The notes beneath the pieces were generated by a model. That model was not told the origin of the DNA. It worked only from the letters and a program-made list of their open reading frames with translations, and did not search any database. Both the position numbers and the translations under genes were made by a program. A stretch of 16,136 nucleotides of DNA from Armatimonadota bacterium (GTDB lineage Bacteria > Sysuimicrobiota > Sysuimicrobiia > Sysuimicrobiales > Kaftiobacteriaceae), in the NCBI GenBank assembly GCA_037440005.1, contig JBBIUY010000048.1, positions 1-16,136 of the forward strand, read 5' to 3'. Positions within the stretch are counted from its first letter, which is position 1; each line of letters begins with the position of its first letter. This document shows positions 7,214 to 16,135 of this stretch, piece after piece.

Positions 7214-8577
7214 GCGTGGAGCAGGTCCGATTGATCGGCGGCTGGCTGCTCGAGGCCGCCCTGCTTGCGGCGCTCCTCACCTGGACCGCGCGGCGTGTCG
7301 GCGGCTGCCGGCTGCTCCGGTTGACTCTGGGCTCGTTCGGGCTGCGCCTGGCGGTCGGGGAGGGACTCTACCTGATCAGTCTTCTCCGTCTCCCCGTGTT
7401 CCCCGGCCAGCAGGTGCCCGGCGGATTCTGGGCGTTCGCCACCGACGCCATCCGCTACGACGCTCAGGCCCGGGCGGTTGCCGCGCTGCTCACCGGCCGC
7501 CCGCCCGGCGTGCCCGTGACGGAGGTCCTGCTGTGGCCGGTGGGAGTTGCCTATGCTGTGTTCGGGGACACTCTCGCACACGGGATCCTGCTCAACGCGG
7601 CGGTGGCGGCCTCCTGCGTGCCCCTCGCCTACCTGACTGCGGCGTGGGCCGGCCTGGCCCCGCGCGCGGCGCTGGGGGCTGCCGCGCTGGTCGGGTTCTG
7701 GCCGTCGTCGTTGGCGTGGAGCGGGACGCTGCTCAAAGATCCTCTGCGATGGCTGGCCGTCTTCCTGATGCTGGCCGGGTCTGCGGGGCTCCTGTCCGTC
7801 CGGAGCCCGCCGTCCCCCGGGCAGGTCCTGGGACGGGGACTTCTGGTGCTGGCTGGCGCGCACCTGAGCGCGATGAATCAGTTCCCTCAGGCCGTAGCTG
7901 TTGCTTCTGCGGTGCTATTCGCTAGCTTCGTGTGGCTCGGGCGTCAGCGGGGAACGGCTTTGAGACAGGCTGTCGCCGCCACCGCCGCCCTGACTCTCGC
8001 GCTTGCTGCCGGCACGTCCTCATACCTGCTGTGGCGTCCTATCCGGCCTCTGTGGCGTCCTATCCGGCCTGCGCCGGTGAGGATTCGAATCATCTGCCCC
8101 CCGGCCGCTCCGCTGCTGCGCGTCCGGGAGTCGTTCCGTCAGGCCGGCGGCGCCACCCAGGTGGATCCCGACGTGCAGTTCACCTCCTGCGCCGATCTGA
8201 TCGCCTACGTGCCCCGGGCCTACTCTTTGATTTTCGTCGAGCCGCTTCCGCGCTGGTGGGCCCGGGGCGCGTCGGTGGGGGCGTTCCGGTACTTTTCAGC
8301 GGCAGACGCCGTGCTGCTGTGGGTGCTGCTGCCGGGGCTTGTGAGGGGGCTGGCGGCCGCGTGGAGGAGACGCGAGACCGGAGGAGGCATCGTGGTGGTC
8401 GCGCCCGTCCTGCTGGTGGGCCTGGTCCTGGGTTTCGTGGTGACCAACTTCGGGACCCTCTTCCGCATCCGGCTGCAGGTGCTGTTGCCGGCGGTCCTGC
8501 TGGCGGCAGACGGGTGGACGGCCCTGCTGTCCGGCAGGCGGCCGGGTGACGCGGGCCGCCCGACCGCGGTACACTGA
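7210..8577 (+). CDS. Polytopic membrane protein, putative Wzy-like polymerase / GT-C-fold protein
   Basis: Probable start is GTG 7210 (GTGA overlap), inside the track's 6757..8577 ORF. About 10 hydrophobic segments, loop motif TDAIRYD, LLKDP and C-terminal NFGTLFRIR. Lies among GTs and a flippase. Confidence 0.65.
   Translation: MSVEQVRLIGGWLLEAALLAALLTWTARRVGGCRLLRLTLGSFGLRLAVGEGLYLISLLRLPVFPGQQVPGGFWAFATDAIRYDAQARAVAALLTGRPPGVPVTEVLLWPVGVAYAVFGDTLAHGILLNAAVAASCVPLAYLTAAWAGLAPRAALGAAALVGFWPSSLAWSGTLLKDPLRWLAVFLMLAGSAGLLSVRSPPSPGQVLGRGLLVLAGAHLSAMNQFPQAVAVASAVLFASFVWLGRQRGTALRQAVAATAALTLALAAGTSSYLLWRPIRPLWRPIRPAPVRIRIICPPAAPLLRVRESFRQAGGATQVDPDVQFTSCADLIAYVPRAYSLIFVEPLPRWWARGASVGAFRYFSAADAVLLWVLLPGLVRGLAAAWRRRETGGGIVVVAPVLLVGLVLGFVVTNFGTLFRIRLQVLLPAVLLAADGWTALLSGRRPGDAGRPTAVH
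8029..8070 (+). repeat. Perfect 21-bp tandem duplication (LWRPIRP x2), in frame
   Basis: CTGTGGCGTCCTATCCGGCCT at 8029-8049 and 8050-8070. Confidence 0.97.
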
Positions 8578-8619
8578 CCTCGCGTGAGTCCGCCGCCACA
8601 TGGCAGAATGGGGACCCGG

Positions 8620-9975
8620 ATGGCTCGACGCCTCCTCATCATCGGTCTGGACTGCGTGCCCCCGGACTTCGTGTTCGACCGCTTCGACACGCCGACCCTG
8701 CGGGCATTGGCGCGCCGGGGATCCTTCGGCGCCCTGGAGAGCATCACCCCGCCCATCACGGTGCCCGCGTGGGCGTGCCTGATGACCGGTCGGGACCCCG
8801 GCGCCCTGGGCATCTACGGCTTCCGCAACCGGATGGACTACAGCTACGACCGGCTGGCCATCGCCACCAGCGCGGCAGTGCGCGAGCCGACCCTCTGGGA
8901 CCGGCTGGGTACACGCGGTCTGAGGTCGATCGTGGTGGGCGTGCCCCCCTCGTACCCGCCCCGGCCGCTGGTCGGCCAGATGGTGTCGTGCTTTCTGACC
9001 CCCAGCGCCCGGTCGGAGTACACCTGGCCGCCGGAGCTGAAGGCGGAGCTGGAGTCGCGGTTTGGGGAGTACCTCTTCGACGTGACCGACTTCCGCACCG
9101 AGGACAAGGCCGCGCTGCTGCGCCGGATCTACGACGCCACCGCCCAGAAGTTCGCCATCGTCAGGCACCTGATGACCACCCGGCCCTGGGACCTGCTGGC
9201 CTTCGTGGACATCGCGCCGGACCGCCTGCACCACGGCTTCTGGAAGTACTGGGACCCCCAGCACGTCAGGCACGAGCCGGGCAGCCCGTTCCGCTCCTGT
9301 TTTGAGGAGTACTACGCCTTTCTCGACCGCCAGATCGGCGCGCTGCTGGACGGGCTGGACCCCGACACCGCCGTCCTGGTGGTGTCCGACCACGGGGCCA
9401 AGCGCATGGATGGGGCCATCTGCGTCAACGAGTGGCTGCGCCGCGAGGGGTACCTGGTGCTGCGGGACGAACCGCGCGGGCCGCAGCGGCTGGAGCCCGC
9501 CATGGTGGACTGGCGGCGGACGGCCGCGTGGGGGGAGGGCGGCTATTACAGCCGGATCTTCCTGAATGTCCGGGGCCGGGAGCCCGAGGGCATGGTGGAA
9601 GAGGGGTTCTACGACCGCCTGCGGGACGAGCTGATCGCCGGCCTGGAAGCTCTGGGCGACGAGCAGGGCCGGCCCATCGGCACGCGGGTGTACCGGCCGG
9701 AGGACCTGTACCCGGTGCGGCGGGGGATCCCGCCGGACCTGATCGCCGTCTTCGGCGACCTGTACTGGCGCAGCGCCGGCAGCGTGGGGATCGGGTCGGT
9801 CTGGACGCGGGAGAACGACACCGGGCCGGACGACGCCAACCACGCCCAGCACGGCATGTTCGTCGCCTGCGGGCTGCCTCTGCCGCCGGGGGAGGTGCGG
9901 GGGATGCGGTTGCTGGACATGGCGGCGCTGCTGGCGCGGTATTTTGACCTCGATCCCGCCGGACAGGAGGCGTGA
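8620..9975 (+). CDS. Alkaline-phosphatase-superfamily, NPP/type I phosphodiesterase-like protein (paralogue 2)
   Basis: [36 protein letters not shown] and [14 protein letters not shown] 8620 aligns with the paralogue 1 start. No signal peptide. Confidence 0.9.
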   Translation: MARRLLIIGLDCVPPDFVFDRFDTPTLRALARRGSFGALESITPPITVPAWACLMTGRDPGALGIYGFRNRMDYSYDRLAIATSAAVREPTLWDRLGTRGLRSIVVGVPPSYPPRPLVGQMVSCFLTPSARSEYTWPPELKAELESRFGEYLFDVTDFRTEDKAALLRRIYDATAQKFAIVRHLMTTRPWDLLAFVDIAPDRLHHGFWKYWDPQHVRHEPGSPFRSCFEEYYAFLDRQIGALLDGLDPDTAVLVVSDHGAKRMDGAICVNEWLRREGYLVLRDEPRGPQRLEPAMVDWRRTAAWGEGGYYSRIFLNVRGREPEGMVEEGFYDRLRDELIAGLEALGDEQGRPIGTRVYRPEDLYPVRRGIPPDLIAVFGDLYWRSAGSVGIGSVWTRENDTGPDDANHAQHGMFVACGLPLPPGEVRGMRLLDMAALLARYFDLDPAGQEA

Positions 9976-10688
9976 GCGTGGAGGGGTTCACCGTCTGGTT
10001 CACGGGACTGCCCAGCTCGGGCAAGAGCACCCTGGCAGGGCTGCTGGCCCGGGCGCTGCGGGAGCGGGGGCGCACCGTGGAGGTCCTGGACGGCGACGAG
10101 GTGCGCCGGGAGCTCACCCGCGGGCTGGGGTTCTCCCGGGAGGACCGCGACGAGAACATCCGGCGCATCGCCTACGTGGCCAAGGTCCTCACCCGCAACG
10201 GCGTGGTGGCCATCACCGCCGCCATCTCTCCCTACCGGGCGGCCCGCGAGCGGGCCCGAGCGGAGATCGGCCGGTTCGTGGAGGTCTACGTGAGCTGCCC
10301 GGTGGAGGTGTGCATGCAGCGCGACGTCAAGGGCCTGTACGCCCGGGCGGTGCGCGGGGAGATCCCGCAGTTCACCGGCATTTCGGATCCCTACGAGGAG
10401 CCGCTGTCGCCGGAGGTAGTCGTCCACAGCGACCGCCAGTCCCCCCAGGAGAGCCTGCAGCGCATCCTGTCCTACCTGGAGAGCGCGGGATACCTGCAGC
10501 CGGGGATGGCCCTGGTGCCGGTGCCCGCCTACCTGGCGGGCCGCCTGCGCCGCCGGTGGGGGGACGCATTCCAGCGCCGCCTGGTGGAAGTTCTGGCAGC
10601 GCACGCCGAGGGCGAGGGAGAGCCGGTCTCCCCCGAGGAGGAGCAGCAGATCCTCGTGCGGCTGCGCAGCCTGGGCTACCTGGACTGA
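9972..10688 (+). CDS. cysC: Adenylyl-sulfate (APS) kinase with a ~60-aa C-terminal extension
   Basis: [13 protein letters not shown]-loop, [32 protein letters not shown] and [18 protein letters not shown] and GTGA overlap. Confidence 0.96.
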   Translation: MSVEGFTVWFTGLPSSGKSTLAGLLARALRERGRTVEVLDGDEVRRELTRGLGFSREDRDENIRRIAYVAKVLTRNGVVAITAAISPYRAARERARAEIGRFVEVYVSCPVEVCMQRDVKGLYARAVRGEIPQFTGISDPYEEPLSPEVVVHSDRQSPQESLQRILSYLESAGYLQPGMALVPVPAYLAGRLRRRWGDAFQRRLVEVLAAHAEGEGEPVSPEEEQQILVRLRSLGYLD

Positions 10689-10701
10689 CCCGGAGGACCC
10701 G

Positions 10702-11847
10702 ATGCTGCCCGCTCCTCACGGAGGGACCCTGGTCCGGCAGGTCGCCGCGCCCGACGTCGCCGAGCGGGCGCGCCGGGACCCGCGCCTGGTCCGGCTGGAG
10801 GTGTCCACCGAGCACGCCTACGAGGTGGTGAACATCGCCACCGGCGTTTTCAGCCCCCTGCGGGGCTTCATGGGCGCCGCCGAGGTGGACGCGGTGGCCC
10901 GCACAGGGCGGCTGCCCGACGGCCTGCCGTGGACCATCCCCATCGTGCTGGACGTGGACGAATCCGCCGCCACCCGGGTGGGCGACGAGCTGGTGCTGAC
11001 GTACCGGCGGCAGCCGCTGGCGGTGATGCGGGTGCGGGAGCGCTTCTCCTTCGACCGGGAGGCGGTGGCCCGCCAGGTGTTCGGCACCGACAGTGCCGCC
11101 CACCCGGGCGTCGCCGCCCTGTACGCCATGCGGCCGGTCTTTCTGGCGGGTCCGGTGGAGCTGCTGGCCGCCCCCGACAACCCCTATGCCCGCTACACCC
11201 TGGAGCCCCAGGAGACCCGGGTGCTGTTCGCGGCCCGGGGGTGGCGCACGGTGGTGGGGTTTCAGACCCGCAACGTCCCGCACCTGGGGCACGAGTACGT
11301 GCAGAAGACGGCGCTGACGTTCGTGGACGGTATCTTCATCAACCCGGTCATCGGCCGCAAGAAGCCCGGCGACTTCAAGGACGAGGTCATCCTGGCGGCC
11401 TACGAGGCGCTGATCCGCCACTACTACCTGCGGGAGCGTACCGTCTTCGCCGTCCTGCTCACCGAGATGCGGTACGCCGGCCCCCGGGAGGCGGTCTTCC
11501 ACGCCATCATCCGCAAGAACTTCGGGTGCACCCACTTCATCGTGGGACGCGACCACGCCGGGGTGGGATCGTTCTACGGCCCCTACGCGGCGCAGGAGAT
11601 CTTCGACGACTACCCCGACCTGGGGATCGTCCCGCTGTTCTTCACCGCCTTTTTCTACTGCGCGCGGTGCGGCAGCATCGCCAACGAGAAGACCTGTCCC
11701 CACGAGGACGCCCGGGTGGACTTCAGCGGTACCCGGTTCCGACAGGCGCTGCTGGGGGACGGGGACGCCGAGCGGCTGGTGCGCCGGGAGGTCCTGGAGG
11801 TCGTCCGCCGCTTCCCCGACCCGTTCGTCTCCGACGCGGACGGCTGA
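10702..11847 (+). CDS. sat: Sulfate adenylyltransferase (ATP sulfurylase, Sat type)
   Basis: PHGGTL, FSPLRGFM, FQTRNVPHLGHEY, MRYAGPREA, GRDHAG and a CARC...CPH zinc site. RBS GGAGG. Confidence 0.97.
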   Translation: MLPAPHGGTLVRQVAAPDVAERARRDPRLVRLEVSTEHAYEVVNIATGVFSPLRGFMGAAEVDAVARTGRLPDGLPWTIPIVLDVDESAATRVGDELVLTYRRQPLAVMRVRERFSFDREAVARQVFGTDSAAHPGVAALYAMRPVFLAGPVELLAAPDNPYARYTLEPQETRVLFAARGWRTVVGFQTRNVPHLGHEYVQKTALTFVDGIFINPVIGRKKPGDFKDEVILAAYEALIRHYYLRERTVFAVLLTEMRYAGPREAVFHAIIRKNFGCTHFIVGRDHAGVGSFYGPYAAQEIFDDYPDLGIVPLFFTAFFYCARCGSIANEKTCPHEDARVDFSGTRFRQALLGDGDAERLVRREVLEVVRRFPDPFVSDADG

Positions 11848-11857
11848 CAGCCGCTCG

Positions 11858-13438
11858 ATGGCCGACCCCGGTCCCCTGCGCGGCACCTGGGCGTTCTGGC
11901 TGCTGGCGGCCACGGTGGCCGCTCTGGTCTTCGGTCTCTTCCTTCCGCTGACCGACGGGGACACGGCGCTGTACGCCACGGTCGCCCGGGACGCCCTCGC
12001 CCGGGGCGAGTGGGTCGCCTACACCTTTGCCGATGGGCGCGTCTTCGACAAGCCGCCGCTGACCATCTGGTTGCTGCAGCTGTCCATGGCGGCGTTCGGA
12101 CCGTCCGAGTGGGCGGTCCGGCTGTGGCACCTGCTGCTGGCCCTGGCCACGGCCGCGGTCACCTTCAGGCTGGCCCGCCTGGCGCTTCCGGTGCCGCAGT
12201 CGGTGCTGGCGGCGCTGATCCTGCTCTCCTCGGCCCAGTTCTTCTACCAGGCCCTGACCCCTCAGCAGGACGTGCCGCTGACGCTGTTTGTGGCCCTGGC
12301 GGTGTACGGCTACATCCGCTGGGAGGAGACGGGCGCCCTCGCATCTGCGGCGCTGGCGGGGGTCTCCGCCGGTCTGGCCGTCCTGTCCAAGGGGCTGGCC
12401 GGTCTGGCCCTGCCGGCCGTCGTGGTCGGTGCGCGCCTCCTGCTCGACCGGCCGCGCCTGCCCGCCCGGTGGCCGGCCGCGCTGGCTGCGGCCGCCGCAG
12501 CATGCCTGGCGGTGGCCGCTCCGTGGTTTGTGGCGGCGGGGCTGCGCCAGGGCCGGGCGTTCGTGGAGACGTTCTTTTTGGGCGGCACCCTGGGCGTCGG
12601 CCGGTACTTCCATCCGGCGCTGTCGGCGCCGGGGGCCGTGCCTGCTGGGGCCGGGCTGTTCGCGTACGTGCTCTTCCTGCCCCTGGGCCTGCTGCCCTGG
12701 ACGGGATGGCTGTGGCCAGCGCTGCGGGACGGCATCCGCGCGCGGGACGACCGGGTCGTGCGGGTGTGCCTCCTGTGGGTCGTGGCGGTGGTCGTGTTCC
12801 TGTCCCTGTCTTTGGGGGATAAGGTGATCCGGTTCCTGCTGCCGGTGTTTCCCCCCGCCGCGGTCCTGCTCGCCCGCGTCGTGCCTGATCCCCGGTGGGG
12901 CCGCCCAGCCGCCTGGGTGTCGGGGGGGCTGTCTGGCCTGCTCGCGGCCGCCGTCGTCGTGGTGGGGGCCGTGCCGCTGCCGGCGGACCTGGCGCCGTTC
13001 CGACCGATGGTGGATGTCCTCCTCCTCCCGCTGGCCGGCGGGCTGGCGGCGGCATCAGCTCTGTTGTGGGCACGAAGGCGTGGGTCCGCCGTGGTCGTCC
13101 TCGCGGCGGTGGCGCTGGCCGCATACGGCCTGCTCCTGGTGACGACGGCCCGCCAGTGGGACCGCATCTCGCCGTGGAGGCCGGTGGCCCGGATGGTGGA
13201 GGCGGCGGCTACGGAGGACGCCCGCGTGCTGGTGGACGGAGAGCCGACGCCGTTCGCCCGCTTCTACGTCCGCCGGCCGGTCCGGTTCGTCTCCCGGGAG
13301 GAGTTAGCGGCCGAGTGGACGGCCGGACGGGTGGTGGCGGTCATGCCCGTGGACGCGCTGGGCACGCTGCCGTTCCCCCCGGCACCGGTGGTGGAGGGCG
13401 GCGCACCGGGCCGGCTGGTCGTGGTCAAGAATTACTAG
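11858..13438 (+). CDS. ArnT-like / PMT-family (GT-C) polyprenyl-phosphate-sugar-dependent glycosyltransferase
   Basis: PLTDGDTALYA, FDKPPL, EWAVRL, LSKGLAG, AAPWF, LLPWT and KVIRFLLPVFP, with many TM segments. Confidence 0.85.
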   Translation: MADPGPLRGTWAFWLLAATVAALVFGLFLPLTDGDTALYATVARDALARGEWVAYTFADGRVFDKPPLTIWLLQLSMAAFGPSEWAVRLWHLLLALATAAVTFRLARLALPVPQSVLAALILLSSAQFFYQALTPQQDVPLTLFVALAVYGYIRWEETGALASAALAGVSAGLAVLSKGLAGLALPAVVVGARLLLDRPRLPARWPAALAAAAAACLAVAAPWFVAAGLRQGRAFVETFFLGGTLGVGRYFHPALSAPGAVPAGAGLFAYVLFLPLGLLPWTGWLWPALRDGIRARDDRVVRVCLLWVVAVVVFLSLSLGDKVIRFLLPVFPPAAVLLARVVPDPRWGRPAAWVSGGLSGLLAAAVVVVGAVPLPADLAPFRPMVDVLLLPLAGGLAAASALLWARRRGSAVVVLAAVALAAYGLLLVTTARQWDRISPWRPVARMVEAAATEDARVLVDGEPTPFARFYVRRPVRFVSREELAAEWTAGRVVAVMPVDALGTLPFPPAPVVEGGAPGRLVVVKNY

Positions 13439-15759
13439 CCTCTCTCCGTGCCCGGGCAGGCGAGCAGGGTCAGGATCTCAGACGCGATGCGCCCGACCGC
13501 CCCCGGCGGGCCCATCCGCTGCCGCCCCGCCTCGCCCCGCCGGGCTCTTTCGGAGGGATCACGCAGCAGGCGCACCGTGGCGTCGGCGGCGTCCTCCCAG
13601 GAACGCGTCGCCACCAGCGCGTCTCCCAGGATGCGCTGCTGCAGGCGCAAAAAGTGACGGGTGAACTGCGGGCCGGGCCCGGGAAACGCCACCACGGGCT
13701 TGCCCAGGCCCGCGGCCTGCTCGTTGGCGGTGCCGGCCAGCCCGACGACCACATCGGCCACCCGCACCGCCGCGCCGAACGCCCGGGTCAGCCGCACGGT
13801 GACGTGGGAGGAGCGCAGCCCGTCTCCGTCCGCCTGCCAGCCGGCCCGAGACGCGGTGGCGCGGACGCGGTCCAGGTCCACAGACGGCGCCAGGGCGCAG
13901 AGGACGTTGACCTGCTCCGCTGCGCCCACGCGGTCCGCCAGCGCCAGCAGCAGCGCCAGGTTGGCGTAGGCTTCGCCGCGGCTACCCGGCAGCAGGAGGA
14001 CCGTGGGCAGGCCGGGCTGCGGGCGGAGGTCGGGGCCGTCGGGGCCGACGGTGTCCATGAGAGGGTTGCCCACGTAGCGCGCGGGGACGCCGCGGGCTGC
14101 CAGGGCCGCGGCTGTCTTCTCGTCCCGGGCAAACACCACCGCCGGCAGCCGGCGCATCAGACGCAGTTCCAGCCAGCGGTGAGGCTCTGCGTGCTCGGAC
14201 TTGGCCGTGGCCACATAGACCACCGGCCGTCCGGCGTGGGCGGCCATCCACAGGCAGTAGAAGTCTCCGATGGCCACAATCGCGTCGAACCGACCCCGGC
14301 AGGCCTCAAGCCTCCGTCTCTGCTGCCACCACAGGCCAAGCACTCCGGCGCGCAGGTCGGCCCACAGGCCCGGCAGGTGGTTACGGAATCCGAATCCCCC
14401 CGACGGCAGGATCCGCCGGGGCTCCAGCACGGGGACCTCCTGGTAGGCAGCGCCCAATCCCACCAGGGGATAAGCGGTCACATCCACGCCGGGGCCGAAG
14501 ATCCGGGCCAGCGCCATTCCCACGGCGTCTTCCCCGTGGCCATTGCTGACGACCAGCACGGTCGGCCGCTCGCGCCTGCCCCCCGGATCCACAGCCCGCG
14601 TGACCACCGACTCCATCGCGGTCATGATGGCGCCCAGCCACCACAGCCCCACGCCCAGGTGGACCGTGTTCAGCGTGGCGTCGAACTGGTCGTGGACGAG
14701 CATGCCGACGTAGGCGGCCAGGACCGCGGCCGCCGTGGCCGCTTCCCCGGGCGAGCGGGCCCGCCGCCACCACCGCCACCCGGCGGCTCCCAGGGCCCCC
14801 ACCACGGCCAGGAAGGAGGCCAAGCCCAGGAGGCCTCCTTCGGCGGCCATGTTCAGGAAGATGTTGTGGGCTGCCGAGTGCGGGCGCATCCGGGGTCGGG
14901 AGGCGGCGGTGTAGGAGGGATGGACCAGGGAGAAGGTGTTCAGCCCCGTCCCCACCAGCGGGTGGTCCCGGAAGATGGCCACCGCGGCCCGGGCCAGGAC
15001 GATCCGGTTCTCGTTGAGGGCGGGGTCCAGGACGGACTCCACCCGCTGGGCCAGGGGCCGGCCGCCCGGACCTGTCCCCAGCGCTGCGGCCACGAGCAGG
15101 AGGGCCAGGACCACCGCGGCGACCCGGACCTGTCGCCGGCCCGCCAGCGCGAAGAAGACCACCAGGCCCGCCAGCAGGCCCAGCCAGCCGCCGCGGGAGT
15201 CGGTGCGCAGCAGGGTCAGGGCCATCAGGGCATCGCCGCCCGCGAGGGCCGCAACAGCCCATCCCCGCCAGACGGACCACAGGCGCAGGCTCAGCAGGAA
15301 GGCCACCAGCAGGGCCGTGGCCAGGCTGTTGCGCTCCAGTTCCGGCAGCGCGGCCGGCCGGCGGGTCTGCAGGTGGATGAGCAGGCCCCAGGCGGCGGCC
15401 AGGACGCCCCCCATCGCCCACGAGGCGAGCACCCGGTGCACCAGGTCCGGAGCCCGGCGGATGTGCCGGACCATGGGATTGTAGCCGGCCACGACGGTCA
15501 CCGCCGCCAGGGCCAGTGACCCCAAAGCGACGGCGCGGTGAGCGGACACCAGCCCGGACAGCAGGAAGGCCAGCAGAAACGCCGCGAAAGGCCCGCCCGC
15601 CCGGCTGGGCTCCCAGGGAACCCGCCGGGTGGCGAGAAGTTCCCACCCCAGCGTTCCCAGCAGCAACGCCAGCCCGACGGCCGCGTACCCCGCCGAGTAC
15701 GCCAGGGCGGTCGCGACCAGCAGCCCGCGCTGGACCCGGCTATGCAGGGGAGCGGTCAC
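13435..15759 (-). CDS. Fusion of an N-terminal O-antigen ligase-like (Wzy_C) domain and a C-terminal lipid-A-disaccharide-synthase (LpxB)-related GT-B domain
   Basis: N-terminal half: TDSRGGWLG, HPLVGTGLNTF, AAHNIFLNMAAEGGLLG. C-terminal half: VVSNGHGED, PLVGLG, LPSGGF, VGNPLMD, LLPGSR, AGTANEQAAGLGKP, GPGPQF. Single open frame of 774 aa. Confidence 0.85.
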   Translation of the reverse strand: MTAPLHSRVQRGLLVATALAYSAGYAAVGLALLLGTLGWELLATRRVPWEPSRAGGPFAAFLLAFLLSGLVSAHRAVALGSLALAAVTVVAGYNPMVRHIRRAPDLVHRVLASWAMGGVLAAAWGLLIHLQTRRPAALPELERNSLATALLVAFLLSLRLWSVWRGWAVAALAGGDALMALTLLRTDSRGGWLGLLAGLVVFFALAGRRQVRVAAVVLALLLVAAALGTGPGGRPLAQRVESVLDPALNENRIVLARAAVAIFRDHPLVGTGLNTFSLVHPSYTAASRPRMRPHSAAHNIFLNMAAEGGLLGLASFLAVVGALGAAGWRWWRRARSPGEAATAAAVLAAYVGMLVHDQFDATLNTVHLGVGLWWLGAIMTAMESVVTRAVDPGGRRERPTVLVVSNGHGEDAVGMALARIFGPGVDVTAYPLVGLGAAYQEVPVLEPRRILPSGGFGFRNHLPGLWADLRAGVLGLWWQQRRRLEACRGRFDAIVAIGDFYCLWMAAHAGRPVVYVATAKSEHAEPHRWLELRLMRRLPAVVFARDEKTAAALAARGVPARYVGNPLMDTVGPDGPDLRPQPGLPTVLLLPGSRGEAYANLALLLALADRVGAAEQVNVLCALAPSVDLDRVRATASRAGWQADGDGLRSSHVTVRLTRAFGAAVRVADVVVGLAGTANEQAAGLGKPVVAFPGPGPQFTRHFLRLQQRILGDALVATRSWEDAADATVRLLRDPSERARRGEAGRQRMGPPGAVGRIASEILTLLACPGTERG

Positions 15760-16135
15760 GGGCGAGTTCGGCCTCCAGGGTGTGCAGGTAGTGACGGTTC
15801 AAGACGCCGCGCAGGGCCACGTCGGCCAGCGCCGCGCAGCCCGCTCCGCGCAGCCGCCGCACGACCCGGCCGACGTTGTCCGCGGTGAGCAGCCCTCCGC
15901 CGCTCTGCAGCCAGTACAGGACCCGGTGGACGCGGGTTGCCTGGACCAGCCAGCGGACTGCCCGCGTGGGGTGCCTGCGGTAAAAGTACACCGCGCTCCG
16001 GGCCCGGGCCTCCTCCTTCCGCAGGAGGAACCGGACGTCGTCCTGCACCGAGCGGGGCGTCAGGTGAAAGACCACCGCCTGGCGGCAGAAGACACGACGC
16101 AGCCCGAGCCGCTGCAGCCGCAGCCCCAGCTCGAA
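15740..16135 (-). CDS. GT2-family glycosyltransferase, C-terminal part (partial)
   Basis: The frame stays open to the window edge: FELGLRLQRLGLRRVFCRQAVVFH..., the segment that follows the GT2 ED motif. Overlaps the next gene by 20 nt. Confidence 0.75.
   Translation of the reverse strand, partial: FELGLRLQRLGLRRVFCRQAVVFHLTPRSVQDDVRFLLRKEEARARSAVYFYRRHPTRAVRWLVQATRVHRVLYWLQSGGGLLTADNVGRVVRRLRGAGCAALADVALRGVLNRHYLHTLEAELARDRSPA

Noticed and set aside
3343..9975. Calling the two AP-superfamily proteins sulfatases
   Set aside because: There is no CxPxR/SxPxR formylglycine motif and no maturase in the window. The nucleophile position is Thr, as in NPP-type enzymes.
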